Shown here piece by piece: positions 56,386-64,000 of a stretch of 64,000 bases of DNA (its first letter is position 1; every line of letters starts with the position of its first letter). The notes under the pieces are model-generated. The model was not told the origin of the DNA. It searched no databases and saw only the letters and a program-made list of their open reading frames with translations. Source of the stretch: Candidatus Latescibacterota bacterium (GTDB taxonomy: Bacteria > Latescibacterota > UBA2968 > UBA8231); the NCBI GenBank assembly GCA_965217585.1, contig OZ244561.1:2080001-2144000 (forward strand), in the 5' to 3' direction. Both the position numbers and the translations under genes were made by a program.

Positions 56386-57069
56386 TTATTTTATCAGCGC
56401 CAGCCGCCGCACCCGTACCCCCTGTGCGCTGGCGAGCCGGGACAGATACACCCCACTGGCCAACGCCTCCCCGCTGTCGCTGCGGCCATTCCAGACAATC
56501 TGGTAGCGCCCTGCCGCCTGTGCGCCTTGGACTAAGGTGCGCACCCGCTGTCCCCGGACATTGTAGATGGCCAGTTCCACTGCACCAGCCGCCGGCAACG
56601 CGTAGGTCATCTGCGTTTCGGCGTTAAATGGGTTGGGATAGTTCGCGTATAGGCGAAAGGCCACCGGCTCGGCCGCCGGGCCGGTCACCGTCGCCGTGCT
56701 CTGGTCGTCGGATGGCACTAGGGACGGAACGGCGTCCCACGGCAGCCCACCGCTCTTGGTTGTTATGAGACGGCACTCCGGTGCCGGTCCCTTGTAGAGC
56801 CTCTGCTTGCCGGCGAGGTCGTAATACCAATAGGCGGCCCCGCAGGGAAGCGCATTAATGATCTCTCTAAGCTTGATTATCAGCGGTCTTATCTGCTGTA
56901 CCTCCTGAGCGGAGATCGTGCCGTCCGCCGACAACTCCTTACTCATTTCCACGAACTCGCGGGAAGCGTCTAGGAGGCGCTTCTGATGCTCTTTGACCAA
57001 GGTCTGCGCGCGGACCGGGGAGGCGGCCAGCGGGAGAGCCAGCGCGGCCAGTAGCGCCGCCATCGACAT
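56386..57069 (-). CDS. Secreted protein with C-terminal FlgD-Ig / T9SS type-A-like sorting domain
   Basis: Signal MSMAALLAALALPLAASPVRA-Q and C-terminal NYPNPFN..LAIYNVRGQRVRTLV..WNGRSDSG..ASGVY; alternative start at 57123. Confidence 0.8.
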   Translation of the reverse strand: MSMAALLAALALPLAASPVRAQTLVKEHQKRLLDASREFVEMSKELSADGTISAQEVQQIRPLIIKLREIINALPCGAAYWYYDLAGKQRLYKGPAPECRLITTKSGGLPWDAVPSLVPSDDQSTATVTGPAAEPVAFRLYANYPNPFNAETQMTYALPAAGAVELAIYNVRGQRVRTLVQGAQAAGRYQIVWNGRSDSGEALASGVYLSRLASAQGVRVRRLALIK

Positions 57070-57130
57070 GACGCGCGGGATGCGCGAAAGGCGGATGTTC
57101 CCGCAACGGTTTACAGCGCCCATGGTCCCT

Positions 57131-58696
57131 TCAGCGCATGAGATCGGCGATGCGCTCGCCGATGGCCATAGAAGTAATGTTGGTGTTGGCGCGCACGCAG
57201 TCGGGCATGATGGCTGCGTCGGCAACGCGCAGGTTTTCGAGGCCGTGAACTCGGCCATGCTGATCGACGACGGCCATCGAGTCGCTCGTTGGTCCCATCT
57301 TGCAAGTCGAGGAGACGTGGTGGCTGGTGCCCACTTCGCGCCGCATCCACTCGTCGAGCGCGTCGTCGGTGTCGAGTTCGGTGTCGGTAGGGCCGATGCG
57401 CTCGGCAACGAGGCCGTTGAGCGCATCGTGTTTGAGCAGGTCGATGATGATGCGGATGGATTCGCGCAGGCGGCGGCAGTCTGAGGGCTCGGCCAAGTAG
57501 TTGTAGTCGAGCACGGGCTGCACGTGCGGGTCGGTAGAGGCCAGCTTGAGTTCGCCCTGTCCCTCGGCCAAGTAGATGCAGCCGACCAAGTAAAAGCCCA
57601 AGGGTTTGGAATGCGACGAGGCGTAGTAGCCCTCGGTCGTGGCAAAGGAGGCCGGGATGATGAACATGTCGTTGCGCAAATCCGATCCGGCGGCAGTGTA
57701 GCGCAGGCCGATTTGCAGCCGAGGCTCCGTGCCGTCGCCGAGGTACTCGTCCTTGGCCCGCAGGGTCGCGCTCACCTGCGGATGGTCGCGCAGATTCTGG
57801 CCGACGCCGGGCAGGTCGCACACCATGTCAACGCCCATTGCCTCCAAGTGCGCGGCTGGCCCGACGCCCGACAGCAAGAGCAGGTGCGGTGAGCCAATAG
57901 CCCCGCCGCAAAGCACGATTTCTCCGCCGTGGACCGTGGAGAGGGCACCGTCGCGCTCGACGAGCAGGCCGGTGGCGCACTGGCCAGTAAAAAGCACGCG
58001 GTGGACGTGGGTATTGGCTTGAATGGTGAGGTTGGGGCGACCGCGAGCTGGGTTGAGGTAGCCGATGTTGGTGCTCCAGCGGATGCTCTCGGCGTTGTTG
58101 AGGGCCAAGGGGCCGACGCCGGTGGAAGCAGGGTCGTTGTGATTGGGACAGTCGGGGTAGCCGGCGGCGAGCGCAGCCTCGTAGAAGGCGCGGTGCTCGG
58201 GATTGAGCTCGTGATCTTTGAAGCGCCGAGCGCGGATGGGGCCGTCGGCACCGTGGTAGGGAGCATCGCCGTAGTCGGGATCGGATTCGAGGCGGCACAA
58301 AAAGGGCAACAGAGCGTCGTGGCTCCACAAGTCGTTGCCCGCCGCCGCCCAAGAGTCGTAGTCTTCGGGCACTCCGCGCAGAAAAATCTGCGCGTTGACC
58401 GCACTCGACCCACCGATAATTTTGCCGCGCGGCACAAACATATCGGGACGCAGGTCCGTAGCCCGAGCGCGATACTCCCAGCCAAATCGGGTGCCTAAGC
58501 CAAAGGCGCGATCCCAGATATTGCGATCGCGCCCGTAGGCATAGCGAATCTCCTCGGGCAAGTCTTCAACCGTAGAAAAATCCGGCCCGGCCTCCAGCAG
58601 CAAGACCGACCAACTCCGATCCTCGCTGAGCCGCGCCGCGAGAACCGCACCGGCCGCTCCAGCCCCGGCAATGACGACATCGTAAGACGCAGACAT
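57131..58696 (-). CDS. GMC-family FAD oxidoreductase (choline dehydrogenase-like)
   Basis: GAGAAG..LEAG, RGKIIGGSSAVN, LLLSGVGP, GQNLRDH, HHVSSTCKMG and VADAAIMP..ANTN. Confidence 0.93.
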   Translation of the reverse strand: MSASYDVVIAGAGAAGAVLAARLSEDRSWSVLLLEAGPDFSTVEDLPEEIRYAYGRDRNIWDRAFGLGTRFGWEYRARATDLRPDMFVPRGKIIGGSSAVNAQIFLRGVPEDYDSWAAAGNDLWSHDALLPFLCRLESDPDYGDAPYHGADGPIRARRFKDHELNPEHRAFYEAALAAGYPDCPNHNDPASTGVGPLALNNAESIRWSTNIGYLNPARGRPNLTIQANTHVHRVLFTGQCATGLLVERDGALSTVHGGEIVLCGGAIGSPHLLLLSGVGPAAHLEAMGVDMVCDLPGVGQNLRDHPQVSATLRAKDEYLGDGTEPRLQIGLRYTAAGSDLRNDMFIIPASFATTEGYYASSHSKPLGFYLVGCIYLAEGQGELKLASTDPHVQPVLDYNYLAEPSDCRRLRESIRIIIDLLKHDALNGLVAERIGPTDTELDTDDALDEWMRREVGTSHHVSSTCKMGPTSDSMAVVDQHGRVHGLENLRVADAAIMPDCVRANTNITSMAIGERIADLMR

Positions 58697-58723
58697 AACA
58701 TCCCCTAGGTTCGGGTCTCCGAA

Positions 58724-58789
58724 TACGGGGCGTCCCTCGTGGATGCCCTAATCCTTCTAATATAGAGCACCCACAAGGGGTGCATCTAC
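58724..58789. repeat. Inverted pair of GTAG-type REP-like elements
   Basis: tacggggcgtccctcgtggatgccct on + and GTAGATGCACCCCTTGTGGGTGCTCT on -, each an imperfect palindrome. Confidence 0.65.
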
Positions 58790-60168
58790 CACACCTGCTC
58801 CGCTAATTCTTCCGCCGGATAGGTGAGAATCTCCGCCAAGGTCGGATGATAATGGGGAATCTTAGCCAAATCCTGCACCGTGCCGCGAAAGTACATCACC
58901 GTGATCAACTCGTGGATCAACTCGCCAGCCTCCGGGCCAACAATGTGGCTCCCGAGTATTTCGCCCGAGCGCGGGTCGCAGAGGATTTTTGCGTGGCCGC
59001 AGGTTTCGCCCATCGTCAGCGACTTGCCGTGGTCGTCAAAAGGATAGCTGGCGACCAAATAGGACCGATCCGCAGCGCGGCAGTCCCGCTCGCTGAGGCC
59101 GACGCTGGCCACCTGCGGATCGGTGAACACGACCACTGCGTTGAGACGGTCGTCGAAGCGGTGCTCGGGGCGGTCGGGGTGCGTGGCATTGTACGCGGCG
59201 ATCTCCCCCTGCTCAATGGCGATGTGGACGACCTCGTGCTCGCCGTTGACATCGCCGACCGCGTAGATGTGCGGCTGGCTGGTGCGCATGGCCGCATCGA
59301 CGACAATGCGCCCGCGGGCGACCTCGACTCCGGCTTGCTCTAGGCCCAGCTCGTCGATGTGCGGGCGGCGGCCGAGGGCTTGGAGGACGAGATCAGCCGA
59401 GGCCGTTTTTTCCGCGCCGCCGTGGGAAAAATGCGCGATCTTGCGCCCGTTTTCCTCGGTGAATTGGCGCAGTTGCGTGCCGGTGTACACCTCCATGCCT
59501 TCCTCGCGGAAGCGCGCTTCAACCGGCCGCGCCAAGTCCTCGTCGCCAGCGGAGAGAATGTGACCGCTGCGCTGGATGAGCGTTACCTGCGTGCCAATGC
59601 GCTGAAAGAACTGGGCCAGCTCGACGGCGATGGGACCGCCGCCGAGGACGAGGAGGCTCTCTGGCTGCTGGCACATGTCGAGGGCCTCGTCGCTGGTGAG
59701 GTAGCCGACGTGGTCCAGCCCCGGGATCGAGACGCGGTGGGGCGTAGAGCCGGTGGCAATGATAAAATGCCCTGCCTCAATGACGTCGTCGCCGGCTTGG
59801 AGCGTCTGCGGCGAGAGGAAGCGGGCACGCGCTTCGCAGAGCGCGAAGCGGCCGTCGCTCAGTTGCTCGCGGCGATAGGCGGCAAAGCCGGCGACCAGCC
59901 GCGCCTTGCGCTCGACGATGGCGGCTAAGTCGGCGCGGACTTCCACCGGTGCTAGGCCGAACTCGGCGGCGCGGCCCAGATGCGCGGCTATTTCGGCGGA
60001 GCGCAGGATCGCCTTGCTAGGCATACAGCCGCGCAGAATGCACAGCCCCCCCCAGGGGCCTTGGTCGATAACCGCGACATTTGCGCCGGCCGCGTGGGCC
60101 GTGCGAGCCGCCGCGTACCCGGCCGAACCACCGCCGATGATCGCGATGTCGCATTGCACAGTTGCCAT
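58786..60168 (-). CDS. Class I pyridine nucleotide-disulfide oxidoreductase (dihydrolipoyl dehydrogenase/MerA-like)
   Basis: GGGSAG, GGLCILRGCMPSK, ATGS, GGGPIAVE, AVGD and HYHPTLAE. Confidence 0.92.
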   Translation of the reverse strand: MATVQCDIAIIGGGSAGYAAARTAHAAGANVAVIDQGPWGGLCILRGCMPSKAILRSAEIAAHLGRAAEFGLAPVEVRADLAAIVERKARLVAGFAAYRREQLSDGRFALCEARARFLSPQTLQAGDDVIEAGHFIIATGSTPHRVSIPGLDHVGYLTSDEALDMCQQPESLLVLGGGPIAVELAQFFQRIGTQVTLIQRSGHILSAGDEDLARPVEARFREEGMEVYTGTQLRQFTEENGRKIAHFSHGGAEKTASADLVLQALGRRPHIDELGLEQAGVEVARGRIVVDAAMRTSQPHIYAVGDVNGEHEVVHIAIEQGEIAAYNATHPDRPEHRFDDRLNAVVVFTDPQVASVGLSERDCRAADRSYLVASYPFDDHGKSLTMGETCGHAKILCDPRSGEILGSHIVGPEAGELIHELITVMYFRGTVQDLAKIPHYHPTLAEILTYPAEELAEQVW

Positions 60169-60236
60169 AGTTGATTTTTATCCTACTCTTGAGCGGCTTG
60201 GTTTTTGTTTTACTGTTGAACGGTGAGGTCTGTTCC

Positions 60237-61436
60237 TTGAATGCACTATACCCCATAGGCGCGGTTTTGCTCTGCTGCGCGTTGGCCCTGCCCGCTTGGA
60301 GCGAGGATGCCTATACGATGCGCGGCTTTGATGCGCGCATCCAGCGGGGCATAGATCTGACCTACAATCTGCGTTTTGAGGAGGCCGAGCGCCACTTTCA
60401 GACCATCGTCGCGGCCGAGCCGGACAACCCGCTCGGCTACTTCTTTCGCGCGATGGTCTCTTGGTGGCGAATCCTCATAGACTTGGCCGACGAAACCTAC
60501 GACGCGGAGTTCCACGCACGGCTTCAGCAGTGCATTGAGGTCTGCGACCGGCGTCTGGCAAAAGACCCGATGGACTTCGACGCGATTCTCTTCAAGGGTG
60601 GTGCCGTCGGTTTCCGCGGTCGCCTGTACGGCGATAGAGAGCAGTACGTAAGGGCGGCGCGCGACGGGTTGCGCGGTCTGCCCCTCCTGAAGAAGAGCCG
60701 TCAGCTCGAACCGACCAACAAGGACATCCTCTTTGGCCAGGGCCTGTATCACTACTTCGCCGAGGTCATGCCCCAACGCCATCGAATCCTTCGTCCACTC
60801 ATGGCCTTTTTGCCCGACGGAGACCGCTTACTGGGCCTCCAGCAGCTAGAGGAAGTCGCCGGCGAGGGAGCCTATGCCCGCACTGAGGCCGCCTATTTCC
60901 TAGGCCAGATCTACCGAATTTTTGAAAAGGACAACCGCCAAGCCCTGCCCTATTTTGAGGAACTCTACGCGCGGTACCCCGACAACGCCGTCTTCCACCG
61001 CTACACCGCGCGGACTATGGTCGAACTCGGCCGCTGGCGATCGGGTGTAGCTTTGTACGAAGAATACGTACGGCGCGGCGTGGCCGGCCAGACCGGCTAT
61101 CACCGCCACGGCCGCTTGGAGGCGCATTACTACGTGGGCAAATACGCGTACTTCGAGCGGCGCTATCCCGAGGCCGTCGACCACTTAGCGGCGACCGACA
61201 GCCTCGCCGCAGATTCCGAGCGTAAGCGGGACCTAGCGTTTGCCGTACTGGCCAATCTGCTGCTCGGCCAAGTACACGATCTAGCGGGCCGCCGCGAGGA
61301 AGCAGTTCTTCGCTACCAGCGGGTGCGGCGCTTGCCCGACCACGCAGACAGTCACCAACGGGCGCAGCACTATCTGCGCGCGCCCTATCGAGAGGGAGCA
61401 AGTGAGGCGATCAATCTTGTCCCTCCAACCGAATGA
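60237..61436 (+). CDS. Exported tetratricopeptide-repeat protein
   Basis: Signal ending LPAWS, TPR-like helices (AEPDNPLGYF, LEPTNKDILFGQGLYHY, YPDN). Confidence 0.75.
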   Translation: MNALYPIGAVLLCCALALPAWSEDAYTMRGFDARIQRGIDLTYNLRFEEAERHFQTIVAAEPDNPLGYFFRAMVSWWRILIDLADETYDAEFHARLQQCIEVCDRRLAKDPMDFDAILFKGGAVGFRGRLYGDREQYVRAARDGLRGLPLLKKSRQLEPTNKDILFGQGLYHYFAEVMPQRHRILRPLMAFLPDGDRLLGLQQLEEVAGEGAYARTEAAYFLGQIYRIFEKDNRQALPYFEELYARYPDNAVFHRYTARTMVELGRWRSGVALYEEYVRRGVAGQTGYHRHGRLEAHYYVGKYAYFERRYPEAVDHLAATDSLAADSERKRDLAFAVLANLLLGQVHDLAGRREEAVLRYQRVRRLPDHADSHQRAQHYLRAPYREGASEAINLVPPTE

Positions 61437-63243
61437 CTTCTTCGTGGTACACTCGCATCAAATCTGAGTACATCAGATAGCCCCAAAATTCGTCCTCTCC
61501 TTCGCCTGTGGTGTGCATCACGGGCAGCTTATCGTAACCCGAATCCAGCAGTTTTTGCAGGGCCTCGTGCAGGTTGTCCTCCACGTCTATGGGTCGGACG
61601 TCATCGACGACCATGTCCTCTATGAGGACTAGGTTGCGCAGCATCTCGTCTTCGGGCAGGTCGAGGTCCTCAAGGCTGATCATGCCGCGCAAGCCGCCGT
61701 CGTCATCGGTGACGACAAAGTGCACGTGGCCCAGCTTCTTGCTCAGGGAACTCAGGGAAAAATAGGAAAGCCGATTGCTGACGATGGCTTCGGAGGTGTT
61801 TTTGAGGCGGGGAAACACTTCGCGGACTTGGAGATTGTGCAGCACATCGACGGTGAGGTCTTTGATATGGGCCGGAGAGTAGAACTTGTTTTGGACTTGG
61901 TTTTGGTAGATGGAAAAGTTGCGCGCGAAGATCAGCGCGAGGGCGCTGACGACCATCAGTGGCGGCAGCAGGTGGTAGGAGCCGCTCATTTCGATGACGA
62001 GAATCAGGGCCGCTAGCGGCGTATTGGCCACCGCGCCGAAGAATGAGGCCATGCCCACCACGATATAAGCGGCTGGTTGGTGGACGATGTGGGGAAAGTA
62101 CTGTTGGCCCAGCAGGCCCACGGCACCGCCGAGCATCCCACCGATAAAGAGCGAGGGGCCGAAGACGCCGCCCGAGCTACCGCTGGAGATCGTGCAGCTA
62201 GAGGCGAGGATTTTGAGCAGGGCGAGAGCTAGGAAGGCGCGGATTCCGAGCTCGCCGTCGAGCCCCTGTTGAAGGACGCCGAATCCATCGCCCAGCACTT
62301 GCGGATCGATAAGGGCCACCAGCCCCACCAGCAATCCCCCGCAGCAGACGATCCAGTAGCGGGGCAGCGGCAGGCGGTCGAAGAGGGTGCGCGCAAGGCG
62401 CAGGGCCTTGACGTAAAAAATGCCAACTAAGGCGCATAAAAACCCCAGCGCTAGATAGAAGATCAACTCGCGCACATCCGTGAATAGCTGGTCGGGCAGG
62501 GCGAAAATATGCGAGAAGCCAAAGACGGCTATGTAGATGGCATAGGCGACAAAAGAACTGATGACGCAGGGAATGAGCGCGTCGCTTTCAAAGTCTTCGC
62601 GGTAGAGCACTTCCACGCTGGCGATCGCAGCGCCCAAGGGCGCGCGGAAAATTGCGCCCAAGCCTCCGGCCGTGCCCGCCAGCAACAAAATCCGCCGCTG
62701 GGCAACCGAGAGCTTGAGTTTGTCGCCGATCCAAGAGCCTAAGCCCGCGCCAATATGCACCAAAGGACCTTGCTGACCAGCGGCACCACCGGAGGCCAGC
62801 GTGATGATGGTCGCCAGGGCCTTGACCGGGGCGACTATGGGGCGGATGTGGCCGCGCTGGTTGTGGAAGGCGTCGATCATGGCGTCGGTGCCCGCGCCTT
62901 GGGCCTCGGGCGCGAAGCGGTGAGTCAGGTAGCCGCTGAGCAGGCCCCCCAGCGCCGGCAGCAGCAGCAACAGCCACAAAAATTCTCCGTAGGTGGGCGC
63001 GTCGAGGAAGGAGAAGTCGAATAGCGCCCTGTTGTGGGGATGGGTCTGGCGGTAACCAGCCAGTTTCTCGACTAGCAGGAACTTGGCCAGCGCGAGGCCA
63101 TAGGTGAATAACACGGCACCCAAGCCGGAAAGCAGGCCTATGAGCGCACTGTAGAGATAGATGCGGGAGACAAACTCAAAGCCGAGCCAGTCGCGGAGCA
63201 AGCGGGCGGCAGGACCCCGAGTCTTCGGGGCGGCTTCAGGCAT
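61411..63243 (-). CDS. CLC chloride channel/transporter family protein with CBS pair
   Basis: GAGTD, GQQGP, AIFRAPL, GGVFGP, NTPLAA..EMSG and SIY, then C-terminal CBS domains. Confidence 0.93.
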   Translation of the reverse strand: MPEAAPKTRGPAARLLRDWLGFEFVSRIYLYSALIGLLSGLGAVLFTYGLALAKFLLVEKLAGYRQTHPHNRALFDFSFLDAPTYGEFLWLLLLLPALGGLLSGYLTHRFAPEAQGAGTDAMIDAFHNQRGHIRPIVAPVKALATIITLASGGAAGQQGPLVHIGAGLGSWIGDKLKLSVAQRRILLLAGTAGGLGAIFRAPLGAAIASVEVLYREDFESDALIPCVISSFVAYAIYIAVFGFSHIFALPDQLFTDVRELIFYLALGFLCALVGIFYVKALRLARTLFDRLPLPRYWIVCCGGLLVGLVALIDPQVLGDGFGVLQQGLDGELGIRAFLALALLKILASSCTISSGSSGGVFGPSLFIGGMLGGAVGLLGQQYFPHIVHQPAAYIVVGMASFFGAVANTPLAALILVIEMSGSYHLLPPLMVVSALALIFARNFSIYQNQVQNKFYSPAHIKDLTVDVLHNLQVREVFPRLKNTSEAIVSNRLSYFSLSSLSKKLGHVHFVVTDDDGGLRGMISLEDLDLPEDEMLRNLVLIEDMVVDDVRPIDVEDNLHEALQKLLDSGYDKLPVMHTTGEGEDEFWGYLMYSDLMRVYHEEVIRLEGQD

Positions 63244-63826
63244 GGGCGGTGGGCTGGCAGGTGGGGCTGACGGTCTGCCATTGGCGCAGGACCTCAAAGA
63301 CGAGGACGGCGCTGGCCGCGGCGACATTGAGGCTGTTTTTGTAGCCGTACATGGGAATCTCGACTAGCTCGTCGCAGCGTTCGAGCGCGGCGCAATCCAC
63401 GCCGAGGGCTTCATTGCCCACGATTAGGGCTAAGGGGCGCGGATAGTTTAGCTCGGTGTAGCAGCGGCTTTGCGATGTCGTCTCCAGCGCCCACACCGGC
63501 ACTTGGCGAGCGCGCAAGTGCTCAATGGCTTGTAGGGTGGTGGCGAAATGGCGAGTCTCTATGTACGAGAGGGTGCCCAACGCCGTCTTGTCGAGCTTGG
63601 GATGGGGCGGATGGGCCGTGTAGCCGCAGGTGTAGATGCCGCTGAGACGGCCCGCGTCGGCCGTGCGGAAGATCGAGCCAACGTTGAAGGCGCTGCGCAA
63701 ATTGTCGAGCACCAGATAGAGCGGGTGTTTGGGCAGGCGGGCGTATTCGTCGAGGGGCATCTCAGCGTCGAACGTGCGGACCTCAAAGCTGGTTTCCTTG
63801 CCGTAGTTGCCCGGCCGGAGTTTCAC
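63236..63826 (-). CDS. TrmH/SpoU family RNA methyltransferase
   Basis: LDNLRSAFNVGSIFRTAD, VGNEALG and EIPMYGYKNSLNVA. Confidence 0.93.
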   Translation of the reverse strand: MKLRPGNYGKETSFEVRTFDAEMPLDEYARLPKHPLYLVLDNLRSAFNVGSIFRTADAGRLSGIYTCGYTAHPPHPKLDKTALGTLSYIETRHFATTLQAIEHLRARQVPVWALETTSQSRCYTELNYPRPLALIVGNEALGVDCAALERCDELVEIPMYGYKNSLNVAAASAVLVFEVLRQWQTVSPTCQPTAHA

Positions 63827-63999
63827 CCGACTTCCTCCGGGGACACAGGCCGCTGCTGGGCGGCAGAGAGCCGGGCGGCCTCAATAGCGACCATGGTCTG
63901 CCGCACGCTCTGGGCGGTGACCGCCAGCGCGGCTCGACCGGCTAGCGCGTCGGCGATGTTTTCGTAGTAGGAACGCCAGCGGCCGGGCGCAGTCTCAAT
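63823..63999 (-). CDS. Gfo/Idh/MocA oxidoreductase C-terminus (partial, runs off window)
   Basis: Manual translation IETAPGRWRSYYENIADALAGRAALAVTAQSVRQTMVAIEAARLSA; GTGA overlap with the TrmH gene. Confidence 0.7.
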   Translation of the reverse strand: METAPGRWRSYYENIADALAGRAALAVTAQSVRQTMVAIEAARLSAAQQRPVSPEEVG

Positions 64000-64000
64000 G

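Noticed and set aside
57124-57645. 419-aa version of the FlgD-Ig protein
   Set aside because: The extension overlaps the GMC gene out of frame and the signal peptide starts near 57069.
58786-60168. Mercuric reductase MerA
   Set aside because: No C-terminal Cys-Cys pair, no NmerA domain and no mer genes nearby; it has an HPTxxE motif instead.
46721-63243. Decarboxylase plus CLC acid-resistance system
   Set aside because: The genes are 13 kb apart and there is no amino acid/amine antiporter.

Overview
High-GC bacterial chromosomal window with about 64 CDS and no rRNA, tRNA or CRISPR array that I can detect. It mixes core genes (hrpA 3' end, suhB, pheA, pnuC, ino1, dusB, ygfA, uppS-cdsA-rseP-queG, ftsY, fhs, a TrmH-family methylase) with many catabolic paralogues: four PhyH-type dioxygenases, four Gfo/Idh/MocA oxidoreductases, two enolase-superfamily dehydratases, two SDRs, two TIM-barrel isomerases, a sugar ABC transporter, a GH13 enzyme, a CoA-transferase/crotonase pair and a GMC oxidoreductase. 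A TonB-dependent receptor, a FlgD/T9SS-like C-terminal domain protein and the PhyH expansion suggest a diderm FCB-group organism (Latescibacterota/Gemmatimonadota-like), possibly invertebrate-associated; this is inference. There are three lower-GC accessory patches (about 10.8-12.75, 19.7-21.5 and 54.5-56.3 kb). The most unusual items are: an orphan HicB with a VapB-like tail next to a VapC toxin; an attC-like site between two cassette-like genes with no integrase in the window; a 6-TM voltage-sensor channel with a TGGYAD filter and a beta-repeat insertion; a CLC lacking both coupling glutamates (GQQGP, EVL); a PliI lysozyme inhibitor; and an AT-rich, repeat-rich intergenic region before the TonB receptor. 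All calls come from motif recognition by eye. Starts were often moved from the ORF track using RBS or overlap evidence.
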